NCBI GenBank assembly: GCA_045106415.1
Contig: JBGCEP010000001.1
Location: forward strand, 15,522 to 79,521
Direction: 5' to 3'
Length of the DNA stretch: 64,000 nt
From: Oligoflexales bacterium
GTDB taxonomy: Bacteria > Bdellovibrionota_B > Oligoflexia > Oligoflexales > Bog-1112
The notes under the pieces were generated by a model. That model made no database searches, had not been told where the DNA came from, and was given only the letters and a program-made list of their open reading frames with translations. Positions within the stretch are counted from its first letter, which is position 1; every line of letters begins with the position of its first letter. A program made the position numbers and the translations under genes. Shown piece after piece: positions 1 through 10,300 of this stretch.

Positions 1-240
1 ATCCTTACTTTTTTATCAAAAATAAGCTACCCAATATATCTTAGCCACCTTACTATTTATATAGCACTTCAAAAATCATTCACTTTTCAAAGTCACATAA
101 AACTTGGATACATCGCATCATTAGTGACAATTTTAGTAAGTTACATCATTCATAGGTATATAGAAAAACCTGGTATCAAAGGTTCTGCTTTACCATCTAC
201 ACTAACAATTCAAAACATTAACAATAAAGTCCACCATTGA
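1..240 (+). CDS. C-terminal fragment of acyltransferase-3 (OafA-like) membrane O-acyltransferase, truncated by window edge
   Basis: Not in the ORF track. Frame 1 reads ILTFLSKISYPIYLSH...SYIIHRYIEKP...*, matching the family motifs (ISYxxYLxH; s-y-xx-ExP). Confidence 0.75.
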   Translation: MLTFLSKISYPIYLSHLTIYIALQKSFTFQSHIKLGYIASLVTILVSYIIHRYIEKPGIKGSALPSTLTIQNINNKVHH

Positions 241-940
241 CATGCAGCGTTGCACCTGTAATATATTTTGCTTTTTCAGAGCATAAAAAAGCCACAGCGT
301 TTCCAACGTCCTCAGAAACACCCCATTTTTTCAATGGAATATTTTCTTTAACTTGTTCTTTAATAGAATCAGAAAGATTTTTCGTCATATCTGTTTCAAT
401 AAAACCTGGAGCAACAACATTACTTCTCACACCAAAAGAGGCCATATCTTGCGCGACAGATTTTGAAAAACTCTCAATTGCACCTTTGCTTGCTGCATAG
501 ATAGACTGCCCAGGATTTCCTTTGTGTGCTACAACTGAAGAAATATGAACAAAGCACCCTGTTTTTTGTCGAATCATTTGACGAGATGCATACTTACTCA
601 ATAAAAATGTTGATTTTAAATTCGTAGTCATCGTTAAATCAAAATCTTCTGGCTTCGCCATTGGAAGTATTTGATCTCGACACATTCCAGCATTATTGAC
701 CAAGACATCGATGCGTCCATATTGCTTCTTAATGTTCTGAATCAATTGTTCACATTGCTCAGTATCTGAAAGATCTGCTTGCATAGCACTACCGCTTATA
801 CTCTCAGCCACTTTACAAGCTAGAGCTTCATCACTCCGATAATGAACAACAACAAAGTACCCTTCTGAAGCGAGAATCTCTGCACATGCTTTACCAATCC
901 CTCTTGAGGCACCTGTCACCAACGCTATTTTTTGACTCAT
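218..940 (-). CDS. fabG: 3-oxoacyl-ACP reductase (SDR)
   Basis: TGASRGIG, NNAG, GNPGQSIYAASK, PGFIETDMT, LHVNGG. ATG at 940 follows a GGAG SD. Confidence 0.9.
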   Translation of the reverse strand: MSQKIALVTGASRGIGKACAEILASEGYFVVVHYRSDEALACKVAESISGSAMQADLSDTEQCEQLIQNIKKQYGRIDVLVNNAGMCRDQILPMAKPEDFDLTMTTNLKSTFLLSKYASRQMIRQKTGCFVHISSVVAHKGNPGQSIYAASKGAIESFSKSVAQDMASFGVRSNVVAPGFIETDMTKNLSDSIKEQVKENIPLKKWGVSEDVGNAVAFLCSEKAKYITGATLHVNGGLYC

Positions 941-1003
941 CTCAAACTCCAAAATCTATACTAAGGCCACGCTAACATTGTTGAGGTGATAAAAAAATAC
1001 TTT

Positions 1004-3388
1004 TCAAGACACTTCGTCTAAGCTCCACAAAGCATGACGAAGCCGCATTGTGATTCCAATAATCTCTGATGTTTGTTCCCATATCCCGACGAGGTCATCT
1101 CGAGCTTCCGGATGAAATCCTTCATGAGCAGCTCTATTTCTAAAATCTTGAAATGTATGAAGATGCTTACAATACATAGCAAGCTCACTATCTGCTTGAA
1201 AATCTAGAGGGAACAAATCTTGCATCCCGTACTCACATTGTTTACGCCCAAAACATAGAAAAAATAAAGCAAATGCTTTCACACCATCTAAAGTAAATCT
1301 TTTTCCAGGCCTATATTGACAAATAGCTCTCAACATTTTTCGCAATTTAAATCGTGAGAAAAAAGGAATATCTCTCACAATAGGCAGCCCAGCCAACATA
1401 TTCTCAAAACGATCCATAGACGCAGGAATAGGTCGGGCATAACCAACAACATCAAGCCTTCGCTGTAAAATACCTTGCGTTAAAAGTTTTTGAACACTTT
1501 CTTCAAAACTTTCTCTAAATAAAAGTTCCAAAGCTTTATACTGCATATCAATTGTAGGACTTAAATCTATTGAAGATATAGCAAAAACTTCTTGCGAACT
1601 AAAAAATTGCGCAGTCCGCAAAGCTCTTCTTACTTCTGTAGAAAGTTCATTGTAATAAGGAATTTTTTCTTCTAAAGCTCTGTCTAAATCTTCACCTTGC
1701 CCTCCAGACTTCTGATCGACAAGGCTTTCTTCCCTATCCATAGGTAAGAGCAAAGGAACAAGAGCTTCTTCTAAAAGCTGGAATTCATCAATACCCCTTT
1801 TACGAAGATCCGACAGTGTACTTCTTAATTCATCTTGCAAAACCGTCAAATCATAATTTTGAAGCTCTTTACAAATATCCAGAGATATCTCTAACTTCAC
1901 ATTGGGGCGGCTCAATAAACTCACAAGCTCTTGCGCTGCCCTTGCTGTCCCAATAGCACCTAATGTTGTAACTAACATCTTTAACTCAGCATGCTGTTGA
2001 GATCTGACATAATCTAAAAGTTTTAAAACAGCTTCATCCCTATGCTGTTTACTTAATACTTTTATATATCCTAACTGAGCAATGCCTCCATTTTTACGGG
2101 CCATTGCTGTCAAAGTATCTAATGATCCTTCAGGGGGTTCATTCCAAGCCCGAGTCAACGAGCTCCAAATATCATCACCTAAAGGGTGACGATATTCTTG
2201 AGAGTAGACAGCTTTAAAGAAATCTTTTCGAGTTGATTTTTCTTCAATATAAAACCCTGAGAAATCAACTTTCTCTCCGGAAATGACAGATTTCTCCTCT
2301 TTTAAAACAACAGCCATATCTCGAGTCGGACCTGTATTTCCTGTTAATTTCAGGCGAAGACGCACAGGTAAATAAGACAGCGGTTCTGCTGGATTTTCAG
2401 CTTGTGCTATTTTATCCTGAAGACTTTTTAAAGTCTTTAAAGAAAGCCCATAAGGTAAAAGACCTTGTAACGCTCCGATGACTTTCGTCGTTTCTACCGA
2501 GCAGGAAATATGATCAAGACTATTTTCTAAAACTTTCTCATCAATACCTGTGCACCAATGCCACAAATCTTGATTTTCTCGTACTAAAAAAGGCAAATAC
2601 TCAGCAAGTTGCGGAGCTTTTAATTTATGCCGGTGCCACAATAACGGCCACGTCTGTTCAACTCTTTGCAAATTATCTTCCGCTATCTTTTTACCTAAGG
2701 TGCCTTTTTTTTGACTTTGCTGAATCAAGCAAGAAATAATATGAGACCACGCCAAACTTTTCGATCGGAAATCAATAGGGTTCAAGACTTCAGGTTGAAA
2801 ACGAGCACTCCAAACAACAGCTGCAGCAAAGGCACGACTATTCCACTGGTCTGGGCGATCTTGTTTCAAGATTCTGATACACAAATCTTCAAGATCATCA
2901 TGGTGAACGCTCCATTGCACACTTCTTTCCAGCAAAAAGGCCTGCAAAGTTAAAGACCAATCAAAGAGATCATTTCGCTCTAAAATAGATTGAAGCAAAA
3001 GAGACCCTGTCGCCTTATGACAAAAGTTTAAAGCTGAGTAAATAGTTCTCTGTGTCACGTGAGGTGAACAAACAAGAGGAAGCAACCTATACCACAATAG
3101 GGTATCTGTTTTTTCACTCCATACCTCAAGGGCAGAAGCCACTAAATCCTGATTCCAATCCATCAGAGACGATGTTAAAAAGTGCTCTAAGGCAAGACCT
3201 TGATCACTTTCAATATTTTGAATTAATAAGCTTTTCTCAATGTTTTTCAAGGGTAAACAAAAAATATCTTGAATAACATCAAGAGGGATCGTATCGCGAC
3301 ACTGTTTCATTTGTTGCAAAATGTCGATACGCACGCTGTCTTCACGAACTTCAAAATAACGCTGGAGACGAGACATAAGAATACTCAA
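1004..3388 (-). CDS. Large alpha-helical (HEAT-like) protein with C-terminal HEPN-like domain
   Basis: 794 aa, Leu-rich helices (LVTTLGAIGTARAAQELVSLL). C-terminus has DLSP...YKALELLFR and FRNRAAH. Confidence 0.55.
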   Translation of the reverse strand: MSILMSRLQRYFEVREDSVRIDILQQMKQCRDTIPLDVIQDIFCLPLKNIEKSLLIQNIESDQGLALEHFLTSSLMDWNQDLVASALEVWSEKTDTLLWYRLLPLVCSPHVTQRTIYSALNFCHKATGSLLLQSILERNDLFDWSLTLQAFLLERSVQWSVHHDDLEDLCIRILKQDRPDQWNSRAFAAAVVWSARFQPEVLNPIDFRSKSLAWSHIISCLIQQSQKKGTLGKKIAEDNLQRVEQTWPLLWHRHKLKAPQLAEYLPFLVRENQDLWHWCTGIDEKVLENSLDHISCSVETTKVIGALQGLLPYGLSLKTLKSLQDKIAQAENPAEPLSYLPVRLRLKLTGNTGPTRDMAVVLKEEKSVISGEKVDFSGFYIEEKSTRKDFFKAVYSQEYRHPLGDDIWSSLTRAWNEPPEGSLDTLTAMARKNGGIAQLGYIKVLSKQHRDEAVLKLLDYVRSQQHAELKMLVTTLGAIGTARAAQELVSLLSRPNVKLEISLDICKELQNYDLTVLQDELRSTLSDLRKRGIDEFQLLEEALVPLLLPMDREESLVDQKSGGQGEDLDRALEEKIPYYNELSTEVRRALRTAQFFSSQEVFAISSIDLSPTIDMQYKALELLFRESFEESVQKLLTQGILQRRLDVVGYARPIPASMDRFENMLAGLPIVRDIPFFSRFKLRKMLRAICQYRPGKRFTLDGVKAFALFFLCFGRKQCEYGMQDLFPLDFQADSELAMYCKHLHTFQDFRNRAAHEGFHPEARDDLVGIWEQTSEIIGITMRLRHALWSLDEVS

Positions 3389-3402
3389 TTGTATAAAGTG
3401 GG

Positions 3403-4371
3403 ATGGTCCTCATGATTTTACCATACGTGCAAAGTGGTAAAAAAAATCACGCAACCGCGATCGATACGATAACTATTTGTTTATTAAGCTTTTTACTGCT
3501 CACAGGAGGTCGTCATCAACACCCTGAAGAAAACAGTTTTGAGTCTATAGACCTTGATATCACAGGCATCATTGTAACCGATCAAAAAATATGGCTTCTT
3601 CCCGATAGTAAAGCATGGGTCATAGAAACCCCTTACCAACCAACACAACCTCACAGACTTCAAAGGTTTGGTGAACTAACCAAATCAAAAAGACACAATT
3701 TACCTAAAGACGCACACGGTATCAAACTTATAACCCACTGGGGTGAAAACCTTCTTTTAATCAACCCCAAGACACTAACCATGCACTCCATTGATGAGAA
3801 TTACCAATCCATCAGTAGCGGAACTATTGCCTGGGATACTTTGCGACCAGCTGCTGACAGTGCCGGAGAAGCAACAGAATATGAAACACTCAAACTTAGA
3901 AAAAACTTTAGAAAAGCCGTGAAATCATCGCAGCGAGAACGGATAGCAGGAATCTGGCCTATCCAAAACACTTCCAATCAACCCCTATTCTTCATTGCTA
4001 CTCGAATACAAGGGTTTCCTTTTATTATGATGGAGTGTGATCCTCATAACTTAACCAGGTGCTACTTTGCACGGTCTTGTGAAACAGACTTTCAAGGTCC
4101 CCAACAAAATTGGGATGGACTTGGTTTTGTTGAGCCAAATCAATGGTTGGTTTTTGACAAAAAAAAACAAACTATCTTATCTTTCCGAAAGGATTCTTGT
4201 TTTCATATGCCTATAGAAAGCGAGTTCTCTATTCCAGAAGGTCACAGGAAAATGCAACATATGACCACAGATCAAAAAAATGGTTTTTGGTTTAGTACAT
4301 CCGAAAGAGATCCTTATACAAACTCGACAATCTTCTACTGGCCTTCGTTAGAATCTTTTTCAAAAAAATGA
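3403..4371 (+). CDS. Hypothetical exported protein, possibly beta-propeller-like
   Basis: 322 aa ORF with N-terminal hydrophobic segment and short beta-strand/Trp-rich segments. Confidence 0.6.
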   Translation: MVLMILPYVQSGKKNHATAIDTITICLLSFLLLTGGRHQHPEENSFESIDLDITGIIVTDQKIWLLPDSKAWVIETPYQPTQPHRLQRFGELTKSKRHNLPKDAHGIKLITHWGENLLLINPKTLTMHSIDENYQSISSGTIAWDTLRPAADSAGEATEYETLKLRKNFRKAVKSSQRERIAGIWPIQNTSNQPLFFIATRIQGFPFIMMECDPHNLTRCYFARSCETDFQGPQQNWDGLGFVEPNQWLVFDKKKQTILSFRKDSCFHMPIESEFSIPEGHRKMQHMTTDQKNGFWFSTSERDPYTNSTIFYWPSLESFSKK

Positions 4372-4408
4372 ATTTATACCGTTCAAATAAAAAGATTTGA
4401 TAAATTTT

Positions 4409-7303
4409 TTAAAACTGGCTGCCCACCGTCAGTTCAAATTGACCACGGCAATACCAATCACATTCTTTTGCTCGTGAAAAACAGATTCCTTCTTCAATAC
4501 ACCTTTTCGTTTGAGGTTCTTTCCAGGGCCATGCATAACCAAGGTTCACAGCACCTAACGGACTCAAAAAGTTCACAGCAACACCATATGAAAGATAATG
4601 CCGACTTAATAAATAGCCAGGTTTCCATAATAGTTCTGAAAACGAATAGTTAACATTATCTTCCATCGAATATATTCTCTCACGGTCATCACTTAAACCC
4701 ACAGTTTGTGAGAGCTCTCGACCAAAACGCTCTACTTCCTGATCAGAGAAAAAGACATTCCCACTATCAAGAAAAAAAGAACTGCCCCAAAGCTCAGATA
4801 ATTGAATACGGGCTTCCGTTCGAAACAACGATCTTTTGGCGCCGCCAATAACTTGTGGAATTTCATCATCAACAGGAACAAACTCTCCTGACTCTCCTTG
4901 CTCTCTCACCTGCGTCCTAATATAAGGGCCCAATTGATGCTCAAATCCTCTTACTCGGCCGGAACCACCAGCAAACAACCGTAATGTTGTAGGAAGAATA
5001 TCAACATCACCCATCCAGTTATATGCTGAGAGCGCACCACTCACACTCCATACAAACTTTGGTAACACTTCATAAAACCACGCAGCAGATAATGACCAGA
5101 AACCGAAACGAAAATCACTTCCCCAAGCTGGATTTGACAAACTCATTTGTGCTGACAACACACCTCCTTTTGTTGTCCAGCTAACATCATCTCTGAGGTC
5201 AAGCTTACCTCTCACTCCAATATCGGCAATTTTCGCATTTCCAGAAGAAATTGCCAAAAGCTGTTCTTTAGAGCCTCTATCTCGCGTAATTTGATACGCA
5301 TAATAAAGACCGATTTCTGAAGAGGGATCATTCAACCAAATTTTATGGTTTAAGGCCATCTCTCCTGTTGTTGAAATTTTCCAAAATTCATCAGCAACTT
5401 CTTTATGTGAAAGGGAAAGTTGGCCATCAATAGGGTAGTCCAAAAGATAGGGTTCCACGTATCCCAGACTTATTTTCTTACCCAGAAGACTCCGACCTCG
5501 TTCATCACCTCTTTGGTCAACAACTTCTTGGTTCAGCTCTTGGCTCAATTCGCCACGCAAGCTCACCGTTCTTGCTCGCCCACCAATATTTTTATAAGTC
5601 CCTTCAAATCCGTACAACAAACCACGGCGGATATGATAACCCGGCCCGAAACGAACATCGCCAGGATCACTCTCTTGAACCTGGATAGTGACATCTAGCT
5701 CATTAGGTTTCATCGCTAGAACGCCATAACGAGTAGGTGTAATTTGTACATAACGAAAAAGGCCTAAACCAATAAGAGCTGCCCGCGATTCTAATATATT
5801 TTCAGGGTTATAAAAATCACCACTCTTAAATCTCAATTCTCGACGCACAACACTTTCTTCTGTACGAATAAGACCTAAAATACGAATCGAACCAACATAA
5901 ACACGCACACCAGGATCAACCTTAAAAACAACAACTGTTTCAATCCGCTGCCCTCCGAACCTATGTTTTAATACTGTCGAAACCGTTGTTTTTAAATAAC
6001 CAAGATTAATCAATTCTCGACGCAACTCCGTTTCTGCATCAAGTAGAGCTGTACGGTCAAGAGCACTTTGTTTTTGAACTTTAAAATGCTTTTGTAACGG
6101 CAACCCATCAAAACCTTCTATCTTTGCGTCTTCTAAAACATAACGAGGCCCTTCATCGATTAAGATAACAACGTTAGCTGAAGCCGTATTTTCTTCTCGT
6201 GTAATACGAGGAGGTCGAATTTTCACATTCCAATAACCTTGACGTCGATAAAACTCCTTTAAAGACTCAACTCCTTCATTAAGATCATCTCGATTTAAAG
6301 CAATACTGCTTTCCCAGACGCTTTGAAGCCCCATAACATCAATCATCTCTTTTCTTGAAAATTCAATCCCACCCTCAAATTGAATATCACCCAATGTGTA
6401 GCGAGCCCCTAAACGGATCACAAACGTATGCCGAACAGTTTGATCGTCTGGGCGTGAAGTTTGAGGTCCCGTCACTTGAACATCTTCATACCCTTGATTC
6501 ACATAAATGCGAGTTACTTCTGATGCTATGGACTCAGGTTCAATAAGGGCTGGATCAAGCTCATTCAATGCATCATCGCGAAAAATCTGATCCACAGAAA
6601 GAGATGTTCGCTCTTGACGAAACTCCACCTCAACTCTGACACCAAGCTCGCCTTCCACTCGAACATAGCCTTTTGTTTTATTTCTATCGAAAGACATTGG
6701 CCTTACATTCAAACGTACACGGTGATAACCCGCTGTCCTTAAATCTTGATCAAGGCGATCGACAGCACTTTGCACTTCTTTCAAATCACATAAACTTTTT
6801 TCTTTTAAAGAAAAAACTACACTATCAGGGAGTGGAAAAGGCAGAGAAATCGAGGCAATTTCACACGGAGCTCCTTCATGGACAGTCACTTCATAATCCA
6901 CAACATGGGGCTTAATCTTTTTAACAACAACACCTACTTTGACATGAGGGTACCCTAACAGTTGTAAAGCCTGGATCGCCGCACTCTGAAACTCTTCACG
7001 TACTTCATCATTTTCCACAACCCCAATAAACTGCCGCCTAACCCCTAGTAAAGATCTCCTCAAATCTCGAGTCACAGCTGTAATATGAATTTTACGGATC
7101 ACAGAAGAAGGCTTTATTTCAGCAGACCATTTACCATCCTCATAATACAATTCACCAGAGCTCAAATTCTGCGATACAGCCTTTTGTCGCAAAAAAGAAC
7201 TACCTTGTTGGGCATTTTGAATATGACTTTGAACTTCAGAAAAAATATTTTGAGTAAACATCAGACATAAAAGAAGAACCCAAGTATTTTTTAGGTTATT
7301 CAA
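4409..7303 (-). CDS. Omp85-family (BamA/TamA-like) outer-membrane assembly protein with POTRA domains
   Basis: POTRA-like repeats (IRTEESVVRREL...LGLFRYV), barrel motif FAGGSGRVRGF, SPLGAVNLGYA, terminal Phe. Start uncertain: TTG 7303 at the tamB stop is preferred over 7378. Confidence 0.9.
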   Translation of the reverse strand: MNNLKNTWVLLLCLMFTQNIFSEVQSHIQNAQQGSSFLRQKAVSQNLSSGELYYEDGKWSAEIKPSSVIRKIHITAVTRDLRRSLLGVRRQFIGVVENDEVREEFQSAAIQALQLLGYPHVKVGVVVKKIKPHVVDYEVTVHEGAPCEIASISLPFPLPDSVVFSLKEKSLCDLKEVQSAVDRLDQDLRTAGYHRVRLNVRPMSFDRNKTKGYVRVEGELGVRVEVEFRQERTSLSVDQIFRDDALNELDPALIEPESIASEVTRIYVNQGYEDVQVTGPQTSRPDDQTVRHTFVIRLGARYTLGDIQFEGGIEFSRKEMIDVMGLQSVWESSIALNRDDLNEGVESLKEFYRRQGYWNVKIRPPRITREENTASANVVILIDEGPRYVLEDAKIEGFDGLPLQKHFKVQKQSALDRTALLDAETELRRELINLGYLKTTVSTVLKHRFGGQRIETVVVFKVDPGVRVYVGSIRILGLIRTEESVVRRELRFKSGDFYNPENILESRAALIGLGLFRYVQITPTRYGVLAMKPNELDVTIQVQESDPGDVRFGPGYHIRRGLLYGFEGTYKNIGGRARTVSLRGELSQELNQEVVDQRGDERGRSLLGKKISLGYVEPYLLDYPIDGQLSLSHKEVADEFWKISTTGEMALNHKIWLNDPSSEIGLYYAYQITRDRGSKEQLLAISSGNAKIADIGVRGKLDLRDDVSWTTKGGVLSAQMSLSNPAWGSDFRFGFWSLSAAWFYEVLPKFVWSVSGALSAYNWMGDVDILPTTLRLFAGGSGRVRGFEHQLGPYIRTQVREQGESGEFVPVDDEIPQVIGGAKRSLFRTEARIQLSELWGSSFFLDSGNVFFSDQEVERFGRELSQTVGLSDDRERIYSMEDNVNYSFSELLWKPGYLLSRHYLSYGVAVNFLSPLGAVNLGYAWPWKEPQTKRCIEEGICFSRAKECDWYCRGQFELTVGSQF

Positions 7304-10300
7304 ATGAAAAACGGAACCGTAAATTTGCTTCGACACTTTGTCCCGTTTGTGCATTCTCAACATCTCCACCGACATCATCTTCCGTGGTGCTATAATTCAT
7401 CGATGTAGAAACACTTTCATGCAGAGGCATTTCTGCAGATACTGTCCAACCTTTTTGACCACCTCGAATCACAACATCTAAGTTCTTCGAAAGGTTGAAA
7501 GTCCCGTTTAACCGCGGGACAGGAAGACCTGCTTTATCAGGTAAAGTATCTATATACAGGTGAAAAAAGTTTTGACCTGTAAGTTCAGCAAGTGTTTCAA
7601 GTGGTTGCTCAAGTTGACTTAACACTAAGTTAAGCGCTTCACTACTAGCTGTAGATCCCACGACGCTACGCGTCCCACTTGGCAAGCTCCCCTTAGACAA
7701 TAACACGATAATATCCAAAGGCGCTAAAACACTACCATCTTCTCTCGTTGGAGGGTCAGCAGTTAACTGGACATCCAAATCTGCCACATTACCAGTTGCT
7801 GCAATTGTGACTTGATATGGAGCCACATCAGCAACAGCAATGACATCAAGCGTGGGTAATGAAGAAACAGTATCATCAAAAACAAGATCTCCGCGAATGA
7901 ACTCAAATTCTCTTTTGTAGATCAACTTGCCTTTGTTAACATATACATGCCCATTTAACACCGGTTGACTATTCATTCCTTGAATCGTCAACTCTGCTGA
8001 AAGAATCATTTGTAAGTTTCTGTTCTGTACATAAATACTTTTATCTGCTTTCACAGCCACATCAAAACGGAACAATGGATCTGCATCAACTTCATGCCCC
8101 CTTAGTCTTTGCTGTCCGACTGATTGGGCTATTTCATCCCTCAAATCAAACTGATGCGCTGTACGCCCTCTTTCCACTTGTATCTGACCTGTTACATCAA
8201 AAGGTCTTTTTCCACTAAGGTGCAGATCACCCGAAAAAGTTCCTTCAAAACTCTTAAGAACTGGCACTGTGAAAATAGCTTGCGCATGCTGAAAACTTAA
8301 ATCCAAGTCACTCGAGGGGCCCTCTTCCCCTAAGTTCACACGCCCCGACGCAGTCACAAACCCTGATCCTTTGCGTGCTTTAAATGACTGTACTTGTAAA
8401 ATATTTTGATCCAAAACAGCTTTAAACATGACCCCTCTAAACATCGGACGTAAAAAAGGAAGACTCAAACTGACTTCAGGATCTGTTTTTTCTGTCCAAA
8501 TTACAGATCGGACCTGAAGATTTTCAAAAGGGCCAGTTAATGTCGTTTTTGCGTGAATAACTCCAGAACCACTCTCCACATAACGGCTCATATCAGCTAC
8601 AGGAGCAAGCTCAACACGGGAGACAAGTTCAATACCAAAATGATCTGGAGGACGATGATTTGTGAGCTGAATACTGACCTGCCCCCCCGAACCCGCGATG
8701 ACTAGAGGCTGATGATTCTGTGTTCTCCACCCCTGCTCAGAAAACACAATTCTCATAGGGTGTAGGTTCGTAGCTTCTAAAACTCTGTTTTCACTGCCTA
8801 GATCTCTAGCGTAATGAAGCTGTACACCTTCAACGGATAACAGCCCCTCAGAGGCCCACCACGATTTCAAGTTTCCTTTCATTTCCCAGTCTGCTGTTAG
8901 GTATGCAAAATTTCTAGGATCTTGATGAAAAGCCTCAGGAAAGCCGCTTCTCATGTCAAAACGGTCTAGCCTTACATACCACTTGTATGGAAGGCCTGGT
9001 TCAAACAACTCCACGGCCATACGACCGTTTAAAGCTCGCCCTGCATGCTGCACCGTCAAGTCAAGGTGGCCACCTTCGACAAACCCTGTCATTTGCCAAT
9101 TTGCTGATAAAGCTCCATTTACAGCCAGCTCACTCACCTTTGCTTTCATTGTCCCTTGTAAACTTAAAAGATTCCCTTCTAAATTCACCTCAAAAGATGG
9201 CTGACCTACTAATTTCGCTTTTTTTGCAAAATCTCCCAAAAAGGGCAAACGTTCAAGCGTTGGCCCTCGACCACGACCTGAAACTTTTTTCGATTCAGCC
9301 TCAATTTTCACTTTCGAAGCAAGAGATAACCCTAATCGTTCCCACAGAGAATGATGAGGACCAAGGAAAGGTTGTAAAGTATGAGCAGGTCTTTCTAATG
9401 ATACCTGACTAAAAACACCTAATGTGCCCAATTCAAAACGTAATGATTTTGAAGCCCAACCTTTTTTGGTTCCTTGAAATTCAAAATGAAAATCGTCGCA
9501 AAAATAATTTTCTTCTGTAAAAACTTCTCGGCCTGAAGCTTCAATCTTTCCTGTCATTGCCAATGGAAAAAGTAATGGACCCTTCACATCAAGTTTTGCT
9601 GAAACAATAGAAGCCATCACAGGCAATTCAACCCAGTGTGCAAGCCCCCTATATGTCGGTTCAGGAAGATGAAATACATTAAGTTTTCCCGATAACCATA
9701 AATCCTTAATACGCAAAGAACCCACAGAGGAATCATAATGCCCGCTTGACCAACGACCTTTTAAATTTCTCCATGATAAAAGATCTTCTTCAAAAGAAAA
9801 TTCACTCGACCAGCTTCCTAAATCTATCCCAGAAATAATAGAGTCCTGAAATTTTAAGGACCCATCAACACGAACTGGGTGCTCAACATTTCCATGCACA
9901 TGAAAATCTATCTCACCAGCTCCACTCAATGGAGCTGGAAGATATGCAGCAAACAGGCCTGGTCCAAGATCTTGCATCTGAACTTTAACATCCATTTTTT
10001 TGTTATATTCTACAAGTCCATTCAACGTAAGATATGTTGAGGAATCAGGATCAGGATCATGACCCTTCGCTCCAAAGGTCTGACATTGTGCTGTCGTTTC
10101 ACCAAACTGAAAAGAGGAGCTGTCTGCATGAAAATCAAGATTAACATCACACTCTGGAGCAAGCCCTAAACCAAATTTCTTAATTTCTTTAAAATCAATT
10201 TCTTTCATTTTTAAATGCGATGAAGCATATAATTCAAAAGGTTCCATTTTTCCATGAATCAAGACATCTTTGTCGTCAAGCTGATGAAGATTCGCGTCAA

